Below are positions 8,775-17,985 of a stretch of DNA of 44,471 nucleotides, piece after piece (position 1 is the first letter of the stretch; every line of letters starts with the position of its first letter). Source of the DNA: a virus. Its lineage: Duplodnaviria; Caudoviricetes. The position numbers were made by a program, and so were the translations under genes. The notes under the pieces were generated by a model. It had not been told where the DNA came from. It searched no databases and saw only the letters and a list, made by a program, of their open reading frames with translations. The stretch is from the IMG/VR virus record IMGVR_UViG_3300037465_000103, positions 1-44,471 of that record; one strand, written 5' to 3'.

Positions 8775-9467
8775 TCAACGTTGGCGGATTTCCAAAATCG
8801 GCACTGCCGCGTTATAGACGCTGAAATCTTCATACGTGACTTCCAGATGATCCACGTCGAAGCGGACGGCCACATCAAATTCAAACGTCGCCAATAGCGT
8901 GTCGCCCGGCCCCGGAATCGACGATGAGAGCCAGGTGATGATGCCTGTTGTGTAGTCAAGCACTACGCCAGCATCGCCCCCGCCCCACAGTTCGTCATCG
9001 AACATCTCCGTATCCCACTGGCCGCCGGTCACGCTCACTGACGCCGCGTCAAGCACAGTCACCGGATTACCGTTCAGCGTCATCGTGACTGTGCCCGTGA
9101 CCGGCTTGTAGATTCGACGCTGAAAAGAATAGGAACTAAAGGTGTAGGTCTTGCGCAGGTAATAGACGCCGGAAGCCTCGCTCGTGTCCAACTGCTGCCC
9201 GGTCGCGCTGAAGTCCGTCGGGTCTTTGTAGCGGAAGCCGAAGGCGCGTCCTTCGGCCACGGCCAGAAAGAAGGCGAGCAGTTCCTGATAGGTCGTCTCA
9301 TCTACGATCCCCTTGCGCGCGTCGAAGCGCCATAACGGCGACGGCCATTCCTTAACGCGTTTTTCCGCCCCGTTGCCGCGCGTCTCAACCGCCGTGCGCC
9401 ACTCCGGGCCGCCCGTCGAGCCGTAACTGATTCCCTCTGGAAAACGTTGCTCCCGAAAGCCGGACAT
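8775..9467 (-). CDS. DUF2460 (TIGR02217) distal tail protein
   Basis: FPEGISYGSTGGPEWRT, GFRYKDPTDF and FEFDVAVRFD motifs. Confidence 0.92.
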   Translation of the reverse strand: MSGFREQRFPEGISYGSTGGPEWRTAVETRGNGAEKRVKEWPSPLWRFDARKGIVDETTYQELLAFFLAVAEGRAFGFRYKDPTDFSATGQQLDTSEASGVYYLRKTYTFSSYSFQRRIYKPVTGTVTMTLNGNPVTVLDAASVSVTGGQWDTEMFDDELWGGGDAGVVLDYTTGIITWLSSSIPGPGDTLLATFEFDVAVRFDVDHLEVTYEDFSVYNAAVPILEIRQR

Positions 9468-9471
9468 TCAT

Positions 9472-9822
9472 TTACTTCCTCGCTGCGCTTGCCGCAGCAG
9501 CCCTCAAAAACGCGGCGTCAATCGCCTTGATCAGCCGCATCCACCAAGGGCGGAGTCGCCGGCCCGTCAATCGCTGCCACGCCTCGATCTCCTGATAGAG
9601 GATGGGGCAAGCGTTGAACCCAGCCTGCCGCGACAGGCTCAATTCGCCGAAGACCTCAGACAGGTAATCCACTTCGGCTACCGGATGCGGCGGGCGATCA
9701 CGCGCCGCAACGGGCTGGCCTTCCGCGAGCATTTGCAGGATGTCGGGCAAAGCGTCTTTGCCGCCGACGCCGCCGAACATCAGGCGGAATCGCCACTCAG
9801 CCCAGCGGATTGCGCGTTTCCC
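9472..9822 (-). CDS. Tail assembly chaperone C-terminal part (gpT-like, reached by -1 frameshift)
   Basis: The -1 frame from the slippery site reads GKRAIRWAEWRFRLMFGG... into ORF 9472..9780 (YQEIEAWQRLTG...LIKAIDAAFL). Confidence 0.8.
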   Translation of the reverse strand, partial: GKRAIRWAEWRFRLMFGGVGGKDALPDILQMLAEGQPVAARDRPPHPVAEVDYLSEVFGELSLSRQAGFNACPILYQEIEAWQRLTGRRLRPWWMRLIKAIDAAFLRAAAASAARK

Positions 9823-10286
9823 ACTTCGCTCGCGTAAGCGTCCACGCTCTGAAGCGACATGATCTCGGGCTCCGGTATCGGTTCCTTCGCCTTCGCCTCA
9901 GGCGGCAGGAAGTTGCGGCGGTCGCCGATGAACACATCCACCTGCTCGCGCAGCCAGGGGAAGTTGAGATAGACGTGACGCGCCGTCAGCTTGTTGCAGG
10001 CCAGCGCCTGGCCGTCCATCTCGACATTGCGCCAATCGAGCGTGCAGGCGACCAGTGTCGCCAGCCTCTGATTCTCTAACTCGTCGGCTGTCGGCAAGCC
10101 CGCTCCCTTCTCCAACTTGTCGCGCCGCTTGTTTTCCCAATTTCGCCTGGCCTCGCGGAAAGACTCGCTGTCTACTCCGGCCAGCAGAATCTCGATGTCG
10201 GTCTCTTCGCCCGTGGCGATATTGATGACGCGCATCCACGCGCCGTCATTCGCCAGTTTCTTCGTGTCGAGTCTGTTCAGTTCCAT
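9780..10286 (-). CDS. Tail assembly chaperone (gpG-like)
   Basis: 168 aa after the tail tube, with GVDS..FR and PWLREQVD.FI.DR.NFL motifs. Confidence 0.85.
   Translation of the reverse strand: MELNRLDTKKLANDGAWMRVINIATGEETDIEILLAGVDSESFREARRNWENKRRDKLEKGAGLPTADELENQRLATLVACTLDWRNVEMDGQALACNKLTARHVYLNFPWLREQVDVFIGDRRNFLPPEAKAKEPIPEPEIMSLQSVDAYASEVGNAQSAGLSGDSA
9816..9822 (-). other. -1 ribosomal slippery site G GGA AAC
   Basis: In-frame X XXY YYZ heptamer near the end of the chaperone gene. The -1 frame is open into the next ORF. Confidence 0.85.
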
Positions 10287-10324
10287 GCGTTCTTCCTGTC
10301 GGTTAGTGGTTGATCGCTTCGGCC

Positions 10325-11698
10325 TTATTTGTTCGGGCGCCAGTGAACGATCATCTTGGTCAGTAGCGTCGGGTCTTCTTCGGCGTAGGCCGTGGCCTGT
10401 TGAATAACGACATTCGCGTCATTGGCCTTCGGCGCTTCCTGGAAGACGCAGCGCGGGAACTCAAACCAGAATTCGTGGCCGTCGTTCTGGTCTTTCGCCT
10501 TCGACAATAGGCTGAATCGAGTGCCCGCCTGAAACTTCGACGCCTGCGTCAGATCGGACAGATAGATGCCCATGCCAATCGTCGCATCGAAGTCGCCCTC
10601 ACCAACGCCGTAGGCCGTATCAGAGCCGACCTGGAAGAAGTTAGCCCGACCGTTGTCAATCTGGATCGAAAGATCGCGCACGCCCTGAAGCGCTGAGCCA
10701 TCCTGTTCAAGCGACGTTCCCGTGATGCTCCCGGCCATCGGCGTTCGCCCCTTGGTCGCCACATACGACGCGCCGCCCGGTTCCGTCGTCGAGAAGCCCA
10801 CGCCGACGAAGGCCGTTTCCATCGTGCATTCGCCCGTCGTGGGGATGTTGACGGTTAGCGTGTTGATTTCCTCGCCCGTGAAGAATTCACCGACAGCGAT
10901 GTCGGTGTACTTCTGCGCTACGCTGAAGAATTTGCGCGTCGTTCCAGCCACAGCGCGGTATCGGTTGCTCGTGATCGTCGCCGCGAATGAGGCTTCGGTC
11001 ACTACAGTGTCATTGGCGAAGGTCAGATCGGTCGCGCTGATCGCCGTGATCTCGCGCGCGGGCGTGATCGTCGCGCCGCTGGAGTGCGTCGCCGCCGTCG
11101 TGCCGAAAGCCCCACGCGTCACTCCGTTCAGGTTGCCGCCTGACGCCGACGCATACGTCACCCATTCGCTGTCAATCTTCGCTGCGCCGCCGCCCGCATT
11201 GAAGGCCGCAATGGACGTGACCGGGATCGTCGTTTCGGTCGTGCCCAGGGCGCCGGTTGTTGTCGTCTTGTTGCTCGCGCTCCCGTCAATGACCACCTTA
11301 TCGCCGACCTTCAGCAGGTTCGCCGCAGGGTCAGTCAGGAAGCTGCCAGAGGCGCGCGTAAATATCTTCGTGCCACTGGTGAAGGTTCCATTGAAGCCGG
11401 TCAATGTGACCTGTGTGAACACGCCACTAACCGCGGACTCAAATACATCCTTGACGGAATCCTCATTGACGAGGGAGAGCGTGACGCCGCCCTGCGCGTC
11501 CTTCGTCCCGCCTACCTGCTTGCCGCCCATCCGGTTCGGGCGCTTGACGCCGGAGCGCTCATAACGGCGGTTGGCCTGAAAGAAGCTGCCTTCGTGAATG
11601 GGCAACTCTTTGTATGCGGGACTGACCGGCGTTGTGCCGCGCGTACTCTCCGCGATGATCGAGATTTGAAGCTTTGATACACTTGCTACTTCAGGCAT
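10325..11698 (-). CDS. Major tail tube protein with inserted beta-domain
   Basis: 457 aa, N-terminal EST.GTTP motif, position between the terminator and chaperone genes. Confidence 0.85.
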   Translation of the reverse strand: MPEVASVSKLQISIIAESTRGTTPVSPAYKELPIHEGSFFQANRRYERSGVKRPNRMGGKQVGGTKDAQGGVTLSLVNEDSVKDVFESAVSGVFTQVTLTGFNGTFTSGTKIFTRASGSFLTDPAANLLKVGDKVVIDGSASNKTTTTGALGTTETTIPVTSIAAFNAGGGAAKIDSEWVTYASASGGNLNGVTRGAFGTTAATHSSGATITPAREITAISATDLTFANDTVVTEASFAATITSNRYRAVAGTTRKFFSVAQKYTDIAVGEFFTGEEINTLTVNIPTTGECTMETAFVGVGFSTTEPGGASYVATKGRTPMAGSITGTSLEQDGSALQGVRDLSIQIDNGRANFFQVGSDTAYGVGEGDFDATIGMGIYLSDLTQASKFQAGTRFSLLSKAKDQNDGHEFWFEFPRCVFQEAPKANDANVVIQQATAYAEEDPTLLTKMIVHWRPNK

Positions 11699-11709
11699 TG
11701 CCTTCCTCC

Positions 11710-12165
11710 TTAAACCTGCTCGTAAAAATAAAACGTTCCGGTCACTACGCCGGACATCTGCCCCGCGTCTTGTTGCGTAACGGGGCCGGAGACCGAGACG
11801 AACTCAAGACCATTGCCAAAGAACCTGGAGAAGATCGCCTTCGCCTTCCCCGCTAGTTCGTCCATCTCCCCGGCCCCCTCAGCCGCCGGGATGAAGATCG
11901 TCAACTGTAAAAGACCGACGTTGCGGTTGAGCTTGACTGTGCTGATCGTCACCGGCTGGTTATCGCCGATGAAGATGTCCACCTTGAGCCACGGATCATT
12001 GCCCGGTAACTGTTCGCTCCATCCCGAAGCCGTCTCCCAGCCTGCGGCGTTCGGCCATTGAATCGGCGTGAGCAACTGGCCTCCGCCCGTCACCCACTGC
12101 GCGCGAAGTCGCGTTTCGATTGCGCTCCGGGCCGCTCTCACCGCATTGGCTACTGTCTCTGCCAT
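11710..12165 (-). CDS. Tail terminator-like protein
   Basis: 151 aa, I.WPN and GLLQLTIF.PA..G motifs, plus position. Confidence 0.7.
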   Translation of the reverse strand: MAETVANAVRAARSAIETRLRAQWVTGGGQLLTPIQWPNAAGWETASGWSEQLPGNDPWLKVDIFIGDNQPVTISTVKLNRNVGLLQLTIFIPAAEGAGEMDELAGKAKAIFSRFFGNGLEFVSVSGPVTQQDAGQMSGVVTGTFYFYEQV

Positions 12166-12554
12166 CGCCGGATGATGATCTCCTGCATTCGCGTTCTCAC
12201 GTCGGCCACGGCGCGCGCCGTGATCGCTCGCGGCGCCGTCTTCACCGTTCCCAGATCAACGAATGGGCCGTAGAAGACGCGATTGGCCAGGTTGATCGTC
12301 TGACCGAGCTTGAAGTCTTTCAGCCCAGCGTTGATCGCCTGAAGCGTGGAAGCGCCGATCTTGTCAAACCGATCGGTCTCTCCCGGCAGTTCGTTCATCC
12401 GAACCGACCAGCCGCCGCGCAGGTATCCGGTGATGACCGGCGTGTAAAGGATCAATCGAGACGCCGCGTAATCGGCCACGTCGCGCACGCCGTCCGTCAG
12501 GCTTAGAAGGCGCTTGCGGGCGCGGGCGAAACCTGCGGCATGGTTGCTCGCCAT
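12150..12554 (-). CDS. HK97 gp10-like tail completion protein
   Basis: TPV.TG.LRGGW and N.V.Y..FVDLGT...APR motifs. Confidence 0.75.
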   Translation of the reverse strand: MASNHAAGFARARKRLLSLTDGVRDVADYAASRLILYTPVITGYLRGGWSVRMNELPGETDRFDKIGASTLQAINAGLKDFKLGQTINLANRVFYGPFVDLGTVKTAPRAITARAVADVRTRMQEIIIRRWQRQ

Positions 12555-12557
12555 CGC

Positions 12558-12740
12558 TTACTGCGCCTCAAGCGCGGATTCTCTCCACCACTGCTCAACC
12601 TGCCGCCCGTCTCCGGCCTTGTACAGCACCAGGTACGTCGGCTCGGAGGCGATGAATTCCGCGCGGCCAACCACCGTGCCTGTTTCGCCGGATTCCACCA
12701 AGCGAACAATCAGCTTTAAATCAAACTTGAATTTGTCCAT
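12558..12740 (-). CDS. Small hypothetical phage protein
   Basis: 60 aa with AAAGG RBS, fills the operon gap. Ends with the YKAGDGR..EQWW.ESAL pattern. Confidence 0.65.
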   Translation of the reverse strand: MDKFKFDLKLIVRLVESGETGTVVGRAEFIASEPTYLVLYKAGDGRQVEQWWRESALEAQ

Positions 12741-12755
12741 ATCAACCTTTCAGTC

Positions 12756-13133
12756 TCACGCTCTGTCGAGCGTCAGGGTGTATGCCATCGCCGTGGCGCC
12801 TATCGCGTGCGCCTCAACATCGCTCACCTTGAAGTTCTCGGTGAGGATCGTGATGCGATCATTCACGGCAGGCTTCACGCTCAGCGCATCACCCGCGATT
12901 GTGAATTTTCGGTGCCCCGTGCGCGGCCTCGCTTCGCCCTGGCCAACGCCAGCCATCAGGAAATCGTGGGCGTTGACGAACGCGCCCTTGATCGCCGTCG
13001 AGACCTCGCTGCGCGTCGTCTTGCCCGTTGAGGTGTCATAACCGGTCGTGGCGCTCCGGTAATAGGTAGCGTCTACGCCGTTCGCCGCGAGAAAGGCCGT
13101 GAGTTGCGCGCTGAAGGATCCGCAGGCCATCAC
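12756..13133 (-). CDS. Head closure / head-tail joining protein
   Basis: 125 aa, YD.STG and P..NDRI motifs, plus position. Confidence 0.65.
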   Translation of the reverse strand: MMACGSFSAQLTAFLAANGVDATYYRSATTGYDTSTGKTTRSEVSTAIKGAFVNAHDFLMAGVGQGEARPRTGHRKFTIAGDALSVKPAVNDRITILTENFKVSDVEAHAIGATAMAYTLTLDRA

Positions 13134-13609
13134 GCTACCTCAAAGGGCTTCGTCAACTCCGCCATTCGCAGACAGTGTTGAAAGACCTGATCGCTGGAGT
13201 TTGAAATCCCTCCGGCTTTCCAATCCGTGCAGGATTGGGCCTTCGCGGTTTTGAGCGCCCATACAAGATGGATGGCCAACTCAACGTGATAGGCGCTGTA
13301 GTCGGGGCCGTCTTCGATCCAGATAACCGCGCCGTCTCGGATGCGCGCGCCCTGGCCCGTCGGCCAGACAGGTTCGGTCGCGCCCGCGACGCCGCCAACC
13401 GATGCGCGGTAACGGTGGCCGTTGAGCGTTGTGGGCATCACAACATCGCCCGCCTGATATGTGGCGCCGGCCAGCCAATAAGTGGCGCGGCGACATTGAT
13501 CAACGATGCGCTCGACCTCTTCATTGTTAATGACCGGTTCGACATCGCACTGCGCGGCCTCTTTGACCAGCAGGATCGCTTCCGCTTTTTGTTCGTTGAT
13601 GTCAGGCAT
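13130..13609 (-). CDS. Head-tail adaptor-like protein with internal carbohydrate-binding-like module
   Basis: Helical N- and C-termini flank W.AGATYQAGDVV...NGHRYRA...EP.WP...DG.V.W. Confidence 0.6.
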   Translation of the reverse strand: MPDINEQKAEAILLVKEAAQCDVEPVINNEEVERIVDQCRRATYWLAGATYQAGDVVMPTTLNGHRYRASVGGVAGATEPVWPTGQGARIRDGAVIWIEDGPDYSAYHVELAIHLVWALKTAKAQSCTDWKAGGISNSSDQVFQHCLRMAELTKPFEVA

Positions 13610-13929
13610 TAACTTACCAATCCGCCGGAGGTCTTATAGAACTTGGAGTCCGCGACTGTGAATGATGATTCGCCCGCGCCCTTGTTGCTCAACTTGCCCT
13701 CGAAGCGCCAGAACCAAACGCCCTCCTTCGTGGCTTCAATGTCCAGGCGGTATTTGCCGGTCGCGTCCCTGATCAGCGCGGCGTCTACTCCATAGGTGTA
13801 GACCGTGATCGCGCCCAACGGATCGCGCACACGGGCGACAATCTGGCCGGGATCAACGTAGGCTCCCGCCGTGTCCTTGAACTCCGCCGAGAGCCTGATG
13901 ATGTCCCCGATGTCGAATCTGTCGGCCAT
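13609..13929 (-). CDS. Ig-like virion accessory protein
   Basis: 106 aa, beta-rich (TGKYRLDI...GVWFWRFEG), translationally coupled to its neighbours. Confidence 0.6.
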   Translation of the reverse strand: MADRFDIGDIIRLSAEFKDTAGAYVDPGQIVARVRDPLGAITVYTYGVDAALIRDATGKYRLDIEATKEGVWFWRFEGKLSNKGAGESSFTVADSKFYKTSGGLVS

Positions 13930-13931
13930 CT

Positions 13932-14630
13932 TTATCCGCCAGCGCTGAAGGTCAGATCGTAGGTCGTCTGCAAACTGTCGCCGTTGGCCAGGTTGATCAC
14001 GCTGAATACTGAGCGGTCGAGTAGCGTGCCGCCGCCCGTCGCGGCCTGCGAGAAGATGCCGTGCTCAGTCACAGCCGCCGACGCATCCACGGTGTTCGTC
14101 CCGACCGTGCGGTAGACATTGGCCGCCGCGCCCTCGGTGGTTGAACCGGTTGCGCGCGTGTTGTTCGGGTTATACTCGGTCGTCAACTCGGTTTGCAGCG
14201 CGGTATCACCCGACGCCTCAGCGTTCGTTCCGGTTCCTAAGCCGTGATACTTCAGGTTCTCGACCTCAAAAGAATTTTGGAACGCGTCAACGATGGCGTT
14301 GACGCCTGCGGTCGTAACCACGCGCAGGCTGGCCAGCCCGTAGTCAATCACCCGGCCGTCCGCCTTGATAACCGCGAGCGAGACCTGTCCGTAGAAATGA
14401 CTCAGGTTGAAGAATCGCGCGACATAGACGCGCCACAAGCCACGCAGCAGATTGGGAATATTCCCCAGCCGCCACAACGCGACTTCGCGCGCGAGGCCGA
14501 AGTGCGGGAATCCGAGCCGCAGAATCTCCCAAAAGGATAGTTGGCGAGGCGGAACAGAGGAGTAACCGCCTCCTCGCAATACTCTGAGATGAGTGGCGCC
14601 CGACGGCGCCAGGGTTCCTTGTCTGTGCAT
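13932..14630 (-). CDS. Putative virion structural protein
   Basis: 232 aa with VVTTAG, GLGTGT.AE..GDTALQTE and AVTEHGIF motifs seen in phage structural proteins. GGAGG RBS. Confidence 0.65.
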   Translation of the reverse strand: MHRQGTLAPSGATHLRVLRGGGYSSVPPRQLSFWEILRLGFPHFGLAREVALWRLGNIPNLLRGLWRVYVARFFNLSHFYGQVSLAVIKADGRVIDYGLASLRVVTTAGVNAIVDAFQNSFEVENLKYHGLGTGTNAEASGDTALQTELTTEYNPNNTRATGSTTEGAAANVYRTVGTNTVDASAAVTEHGIFSQAATGGGTLLDRSVFSVINLANGDSLQTTYDLTFSAGG

Positions 14631-17282
14631 TTAACCTCCAAGATCAGCCTGTACGCTGACCACTGTTTGTTCCGTCGCCGTAAGCGACGCGTCTATGACC
14701 GCCACTTCGCTGAGTGTCGCATCCGTAACCGATGCCGCCTTCAGCGTCACAGTTACCGGAGCGCCTCCGCCAAGCAGCGCCTTCAAGAGAGAGCCAGCGA
14801 GAGCGAGAGCGCCCGCCAGCGCCTTGCCTACCGTCTTTACCACCGCGCCCGATGAGATGATCGCGCCTGTCAGAGTCTTGCCGGCCAATCGCGCCAATGA
14901 TCCCGACAAAGAGATAGTTCCGGCGAGCGCCAATAACACAGTCCTGAGCGCGCTTACCGCGCCGGAAGAAGCCACAGAACCATCCAGGCTCTTGAAGGCG
15001 TCCTTCATGACGGCAGCCGCCGACGCGATAGAGCCGGCAAGAAGCTTCTGCGGTTGTTTAAGAATCGCGCCCGCCATCGTGACGCTGCCCGCAAAGCTGC
15101 GCAGTACAGCTTTAAGCGTTGAGAGCGCGCCGGAAGACGCAATCGAGCCGGAGAGTAGATTCTGAGCCTGTTTAATCAGCGCGGCGGCGGACGTGATTGA
15201 GCCGGCCAAGACCTGTTGCGGCTGTTTGAGCAATGCGGCGGCGGAAGCGATGGAGGCGGTTAAAAGCTTCTGTGATTGATTGACCAGCGCGCCTGCGGAA
15301 GTGGCGACGCCCGCCAACTCTTTCCGCGTCTCTCTCAATAAAGCGGACGCGGATGAGACAGAACCAGCGAGTAACTTTTGCGACTGTTTAATCAACGTAG
15401 CCGATGAAGTGATTGCGCCATTCAACGCCTTCGCAGTCTCTCGGCTCAATGCGCCGGCGGAGGCTATGGCTCCGTCGAAACTCCGCAGAAAGGTCTTGAG
15501 AGATTCGAGCGTCGCGGCGGATGTGATCTGGCCGGCAATTGTTTTCTGCGCCTCTTTCAGCAACGCGGCGGCGGAAGAGATGGCGCCGGCCAAGACCTTC
15601 TCAGCTTGTCGTATCAATGCGCCCGCTGACGCAATGGAGCCGGAGAGGGACAGAAGAACAACTCTGACCGCTGTGAACACAGCGGAAGACGCGACTTGTC
15701 CGGCCAGGGTTTTCTGCGCTTCTTTCAGCAATGAAGCAGCGGAAGAGATCGAACCGGCAAGCGCCCTCTGTGTCTCTTTCAGTAGCGAGGCGGTGGGCGA
15801 GACTGCTCCCGCCAGCGCGCCCCGCGCCTCTTTCACTATGGTAGCCGTTGATGCGATCGCGGCGCCGAAGACTTTCTGCGGTTGTTTGATCAATGCGCCG
15901 GCGGATGTAACCGCGCTCGCCAGCAGTTGCCCCGATTGCTTGATCAGCGCGCCGGCGGAGGCTATGGCTCCCTCAAAACTACGCGCTACGGTTCTAACTG
16001 AAGAGAGAACGGCGGATGACGTAACTTGTCCGGTCAAGGCCGCCTGCGCTTCTTTCAGCAATGAAGCCGCAGATGTGATCGAGCCGGCAAATAACTGGCG
16101 AGCCTCCTTTGTCAGCGTGGCGGCGGGAGAGACGGAGCCGGCCAGCGCCTTCTGCGCCTGGTTGATCAATGCGGCGGCGGATGTGATTGAGCCGGCCAAT
16201 GTCTTCTGCGCCTGGTTGATCAACGTGGCCGTGAGGGAGATCGCGCCGGAGAGGCTCTGGAGAACCACTCTGGACGCTGAAAGCGTAGCGGAAGACGCAA
16301 TCGAGCCTGAGAGTAGATTCTGAGCCTGCTTGAGCAACCCGGCGGCGGATGTGATTGAGCCGGCTAAGACCTGTTGCGGCTGTTTGAGCAACGCGGCGGC
16401 AGCAGTAATCGCGCCCGTCAGGATATTCTGCGCTTGCCTGACCAGTTCAGCAGCGGAGGCGATAGAGCCGCTAAACGTCTTCTGCGGCTGATTGAGCGCC
16501 GCAGCAGATGGCGTAATTGAGGCTGCAAATGCCCTCTGCGTCTGATTGATTATGGTTCCGGGCGGCGCGATCTGGCCCGTCAGCGTCTGGTTGACCAGTT
16601 TGAGCAAGGTCGCCGAAGGCGCTACGGCGCCCGCCACCTCCTGCGCAAAGAAATTCCCTGCCGCGCCGAACAATTGCATTGACCAGACATCCGCCTGATT
16701 GCCTGTCCTCACCCAGATCGGAAGTTGCTGCCACTGGATGTCGTTGTCGAAGTGCGGCGCGATCTGCTCGAAATTCCCAGAGCCGGTCTTCTTGTGGAGG
16801 CCGATATCATTGCCCAGATGCCACAGCCCCGCAGTTCGGCTTCGACGCGCGCCTCTACCTGCTCTTAGGGGGGCGTTGCTTCCGAAGAGATGCCTGCCCA
16901 CTGCCGTGGCGCTGCCCGTGGTGGTCACGAATCCGATAAACTCATTCGCGCCGCCTTGATTGACTGGCGCGTAGCGCGGATGAGGAATAAAGGAGAACCG
17001 ATTGAATCGCTGCCCGCCGAGTCGCACTAGGTATTGGCCTACAACGCCGACGTTCCCTCCGGCCTTGATGTCTACGTTGGAGCGAGTATTGAGCGGTTCT
17101 TGAGAGAAGTCGGAACCGACGGTCACATCTCTCGCCAAGTCAGTGCGGGTGACGCTGGCTGTCGTATCCCCGAAGAATATACGCGCAGAGATCAGGATGA
17201 TCTGCCGATTATCGTTGTTCGCATTGCCCAGGGAGATTCCCGTATTATCCGTGAATAACCCCGCTCCCGGCGTGCCTAACAT
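14631..17282 (-). CDS. 883-aa repeat protein (about 30 imperfect 21-22 aa repeats), putative head/neck fibre
   Basis: About 210-aa N-terminal domain followed by tandem units like QK.LAGSITSAA.L.K. Coupled to neighbouring genes. Confidence 0.75.
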   Translation of the reverse strand: MLGTPGAGLFTDNTGISLGNANNDNRQIILISARIFFGDTTASVTRTDLARDVTVGSDFSQEPLNTRSNVDIKAGGNVGVVGQYLVRLGGQRFNRFSFIPHPRYAPVNQGGANEFIGFVTTTGSATAVGRHLFGSNAPLRAGRGARRSRTAGLWHLGNDIGLHKKTGSGNFEQIAPHFDNDIQWQQLPIWVRTGNQADVWSMQLFGAAGNFFAQEVAGAVAPSATLLKLVNQTLTGQIAPPGTIINQTQRAFAASITPSAAALNQPQKTFSGSIASAAELVRQAQNILTGAITAAAALLKQPQQVLAGSITSAAGLLKQAQNLLSGSIASSATLSASRVVLQSLSGAISLTATLINQAQKTLAGSITSAAALINQAQKALAGSVSPAATLTKEARQLFAGSITSAASLLKEAQAALTGQVTSSAVLSSVRTVARSFEGAIASAGALIKQSGQLLASAVTSAGALIKQPQKVFGAAIASTATIVKEARGALAGAVSPTASLLKETQRALAGSISSAASLLKEAQKTLAGQVASSAVFTAVRVVLLSLSGSIASAGALIRQAEKVLAGAISSAAALLKEAQKTIAGQITSAATLESLKTFLRSFDGAIASAGALSRETAKALNGAITSSATLIKQSQKLLAGSVSSASALLRETRKELAGVATSAGALVNQSQKLLTASIASAAALLKQPQQVLAGSITSAAALIKQAQNLLSGSIASSGALSTLKAVLRSFAGSVTMAGAILKQPQKLLAGSIASAAAVMKDAFKSLDGSVASSGAVSALRTVLLALAGTISLSGSLARLAGKTLTGAIISSGAVVKTVGKALAGALALAGSLLKALLGGGAPVTVTLKAASVTDATLSEVAVIDASLTATEQTVVSVQADLGG

Positions 17283-17965
17283 TACAGTTCCTCGAAAATT
17301 CCCGTGGCGGAGACGGTTGACGTGCCACTGGCGGAGCGAAGTGAGATCACTTCGCTGTTGACGTAGTACATTTCCTCGCCCGGCGCAGCAACCCAGCGAA
17401 TGAAACCGCCGAAGGCGTTAAAAGCGAGAGACAGCATCGGATTGCCTGATAAGGACTGTGTTCCGCCCTTGCCGTAGGTGCCTGCCGCCGATGGCGAGCG
17501 CGTATTGAACTTCTCTGGTGTGATGGCCGTGTTGCCCGTGATCGAAGTGCCCGCGCGCTGAACCGATACGCGATTGACCGCGCTTGATGTCGCTTCACCG
17601 CCGATGATCAATTCGAGAATGCGGCCCTGGCCAGCGCTCGCGGCTTGAAAAGTGAGCGTATCGGCGCTGGTCGAGAGCGCGACACCAGCATTGATGATTG
17701 AATAGACCGGATCAGCCGGGTCAAGAATTCGGTTGATCAATTCATAGAGCTTCCAAAACCGCCCACTGCGCTCCCGCACGCGGCGCAAGTCGGATGGCGT
17801 ATAACGGTTTTCGACCTCGAAGTATTTCTTGCGGAATGACGCCTTCAATTCCTCCGCTATTTCGACACAGAACGGCTTATTGGCTTGCTTGATGGCCCGC
17901 AATGCGGATGCGAAGCCGCGCGGCGTCAGGTCGTAAGGATCCAGTGTGGCGATCAGGCTGGACAT
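17282..17965 (-). CDS. Hypothetical virion protein
   Basis: 227 aa with AAGGAG RBS. Charged N-terminal half and beta-rich C-terminal half. Confidence 0.65.
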   Translation of the reverse strand: MSSLIATLDPYDLTPRGFASALRAIKQANKPFCVEIAEELKASFRKKYFEVENRYTPSDLRRVRERSGRFWKLYELINRILDPADPVYSIINAGVALSTSADTLTFQAASAGQGRILELIIGGEATSSAVNRVSVQRAGTSITGNTAITPEKFNTRSPSAAGTYGKGGTQSLSGNPMLSLAFNAFGGFIRWVAAPGEEMYYVNSEVISLRSASGTSTVSATGIFEEL

Positions 17966-17985
17966 AACAGACTCCTTATAGGACG

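Noticed and set aside
14695-16323. Long + strand repeat ORFs opposite the 883-aa gene
   Set aside because: Antisense mirror of the repeat protein.
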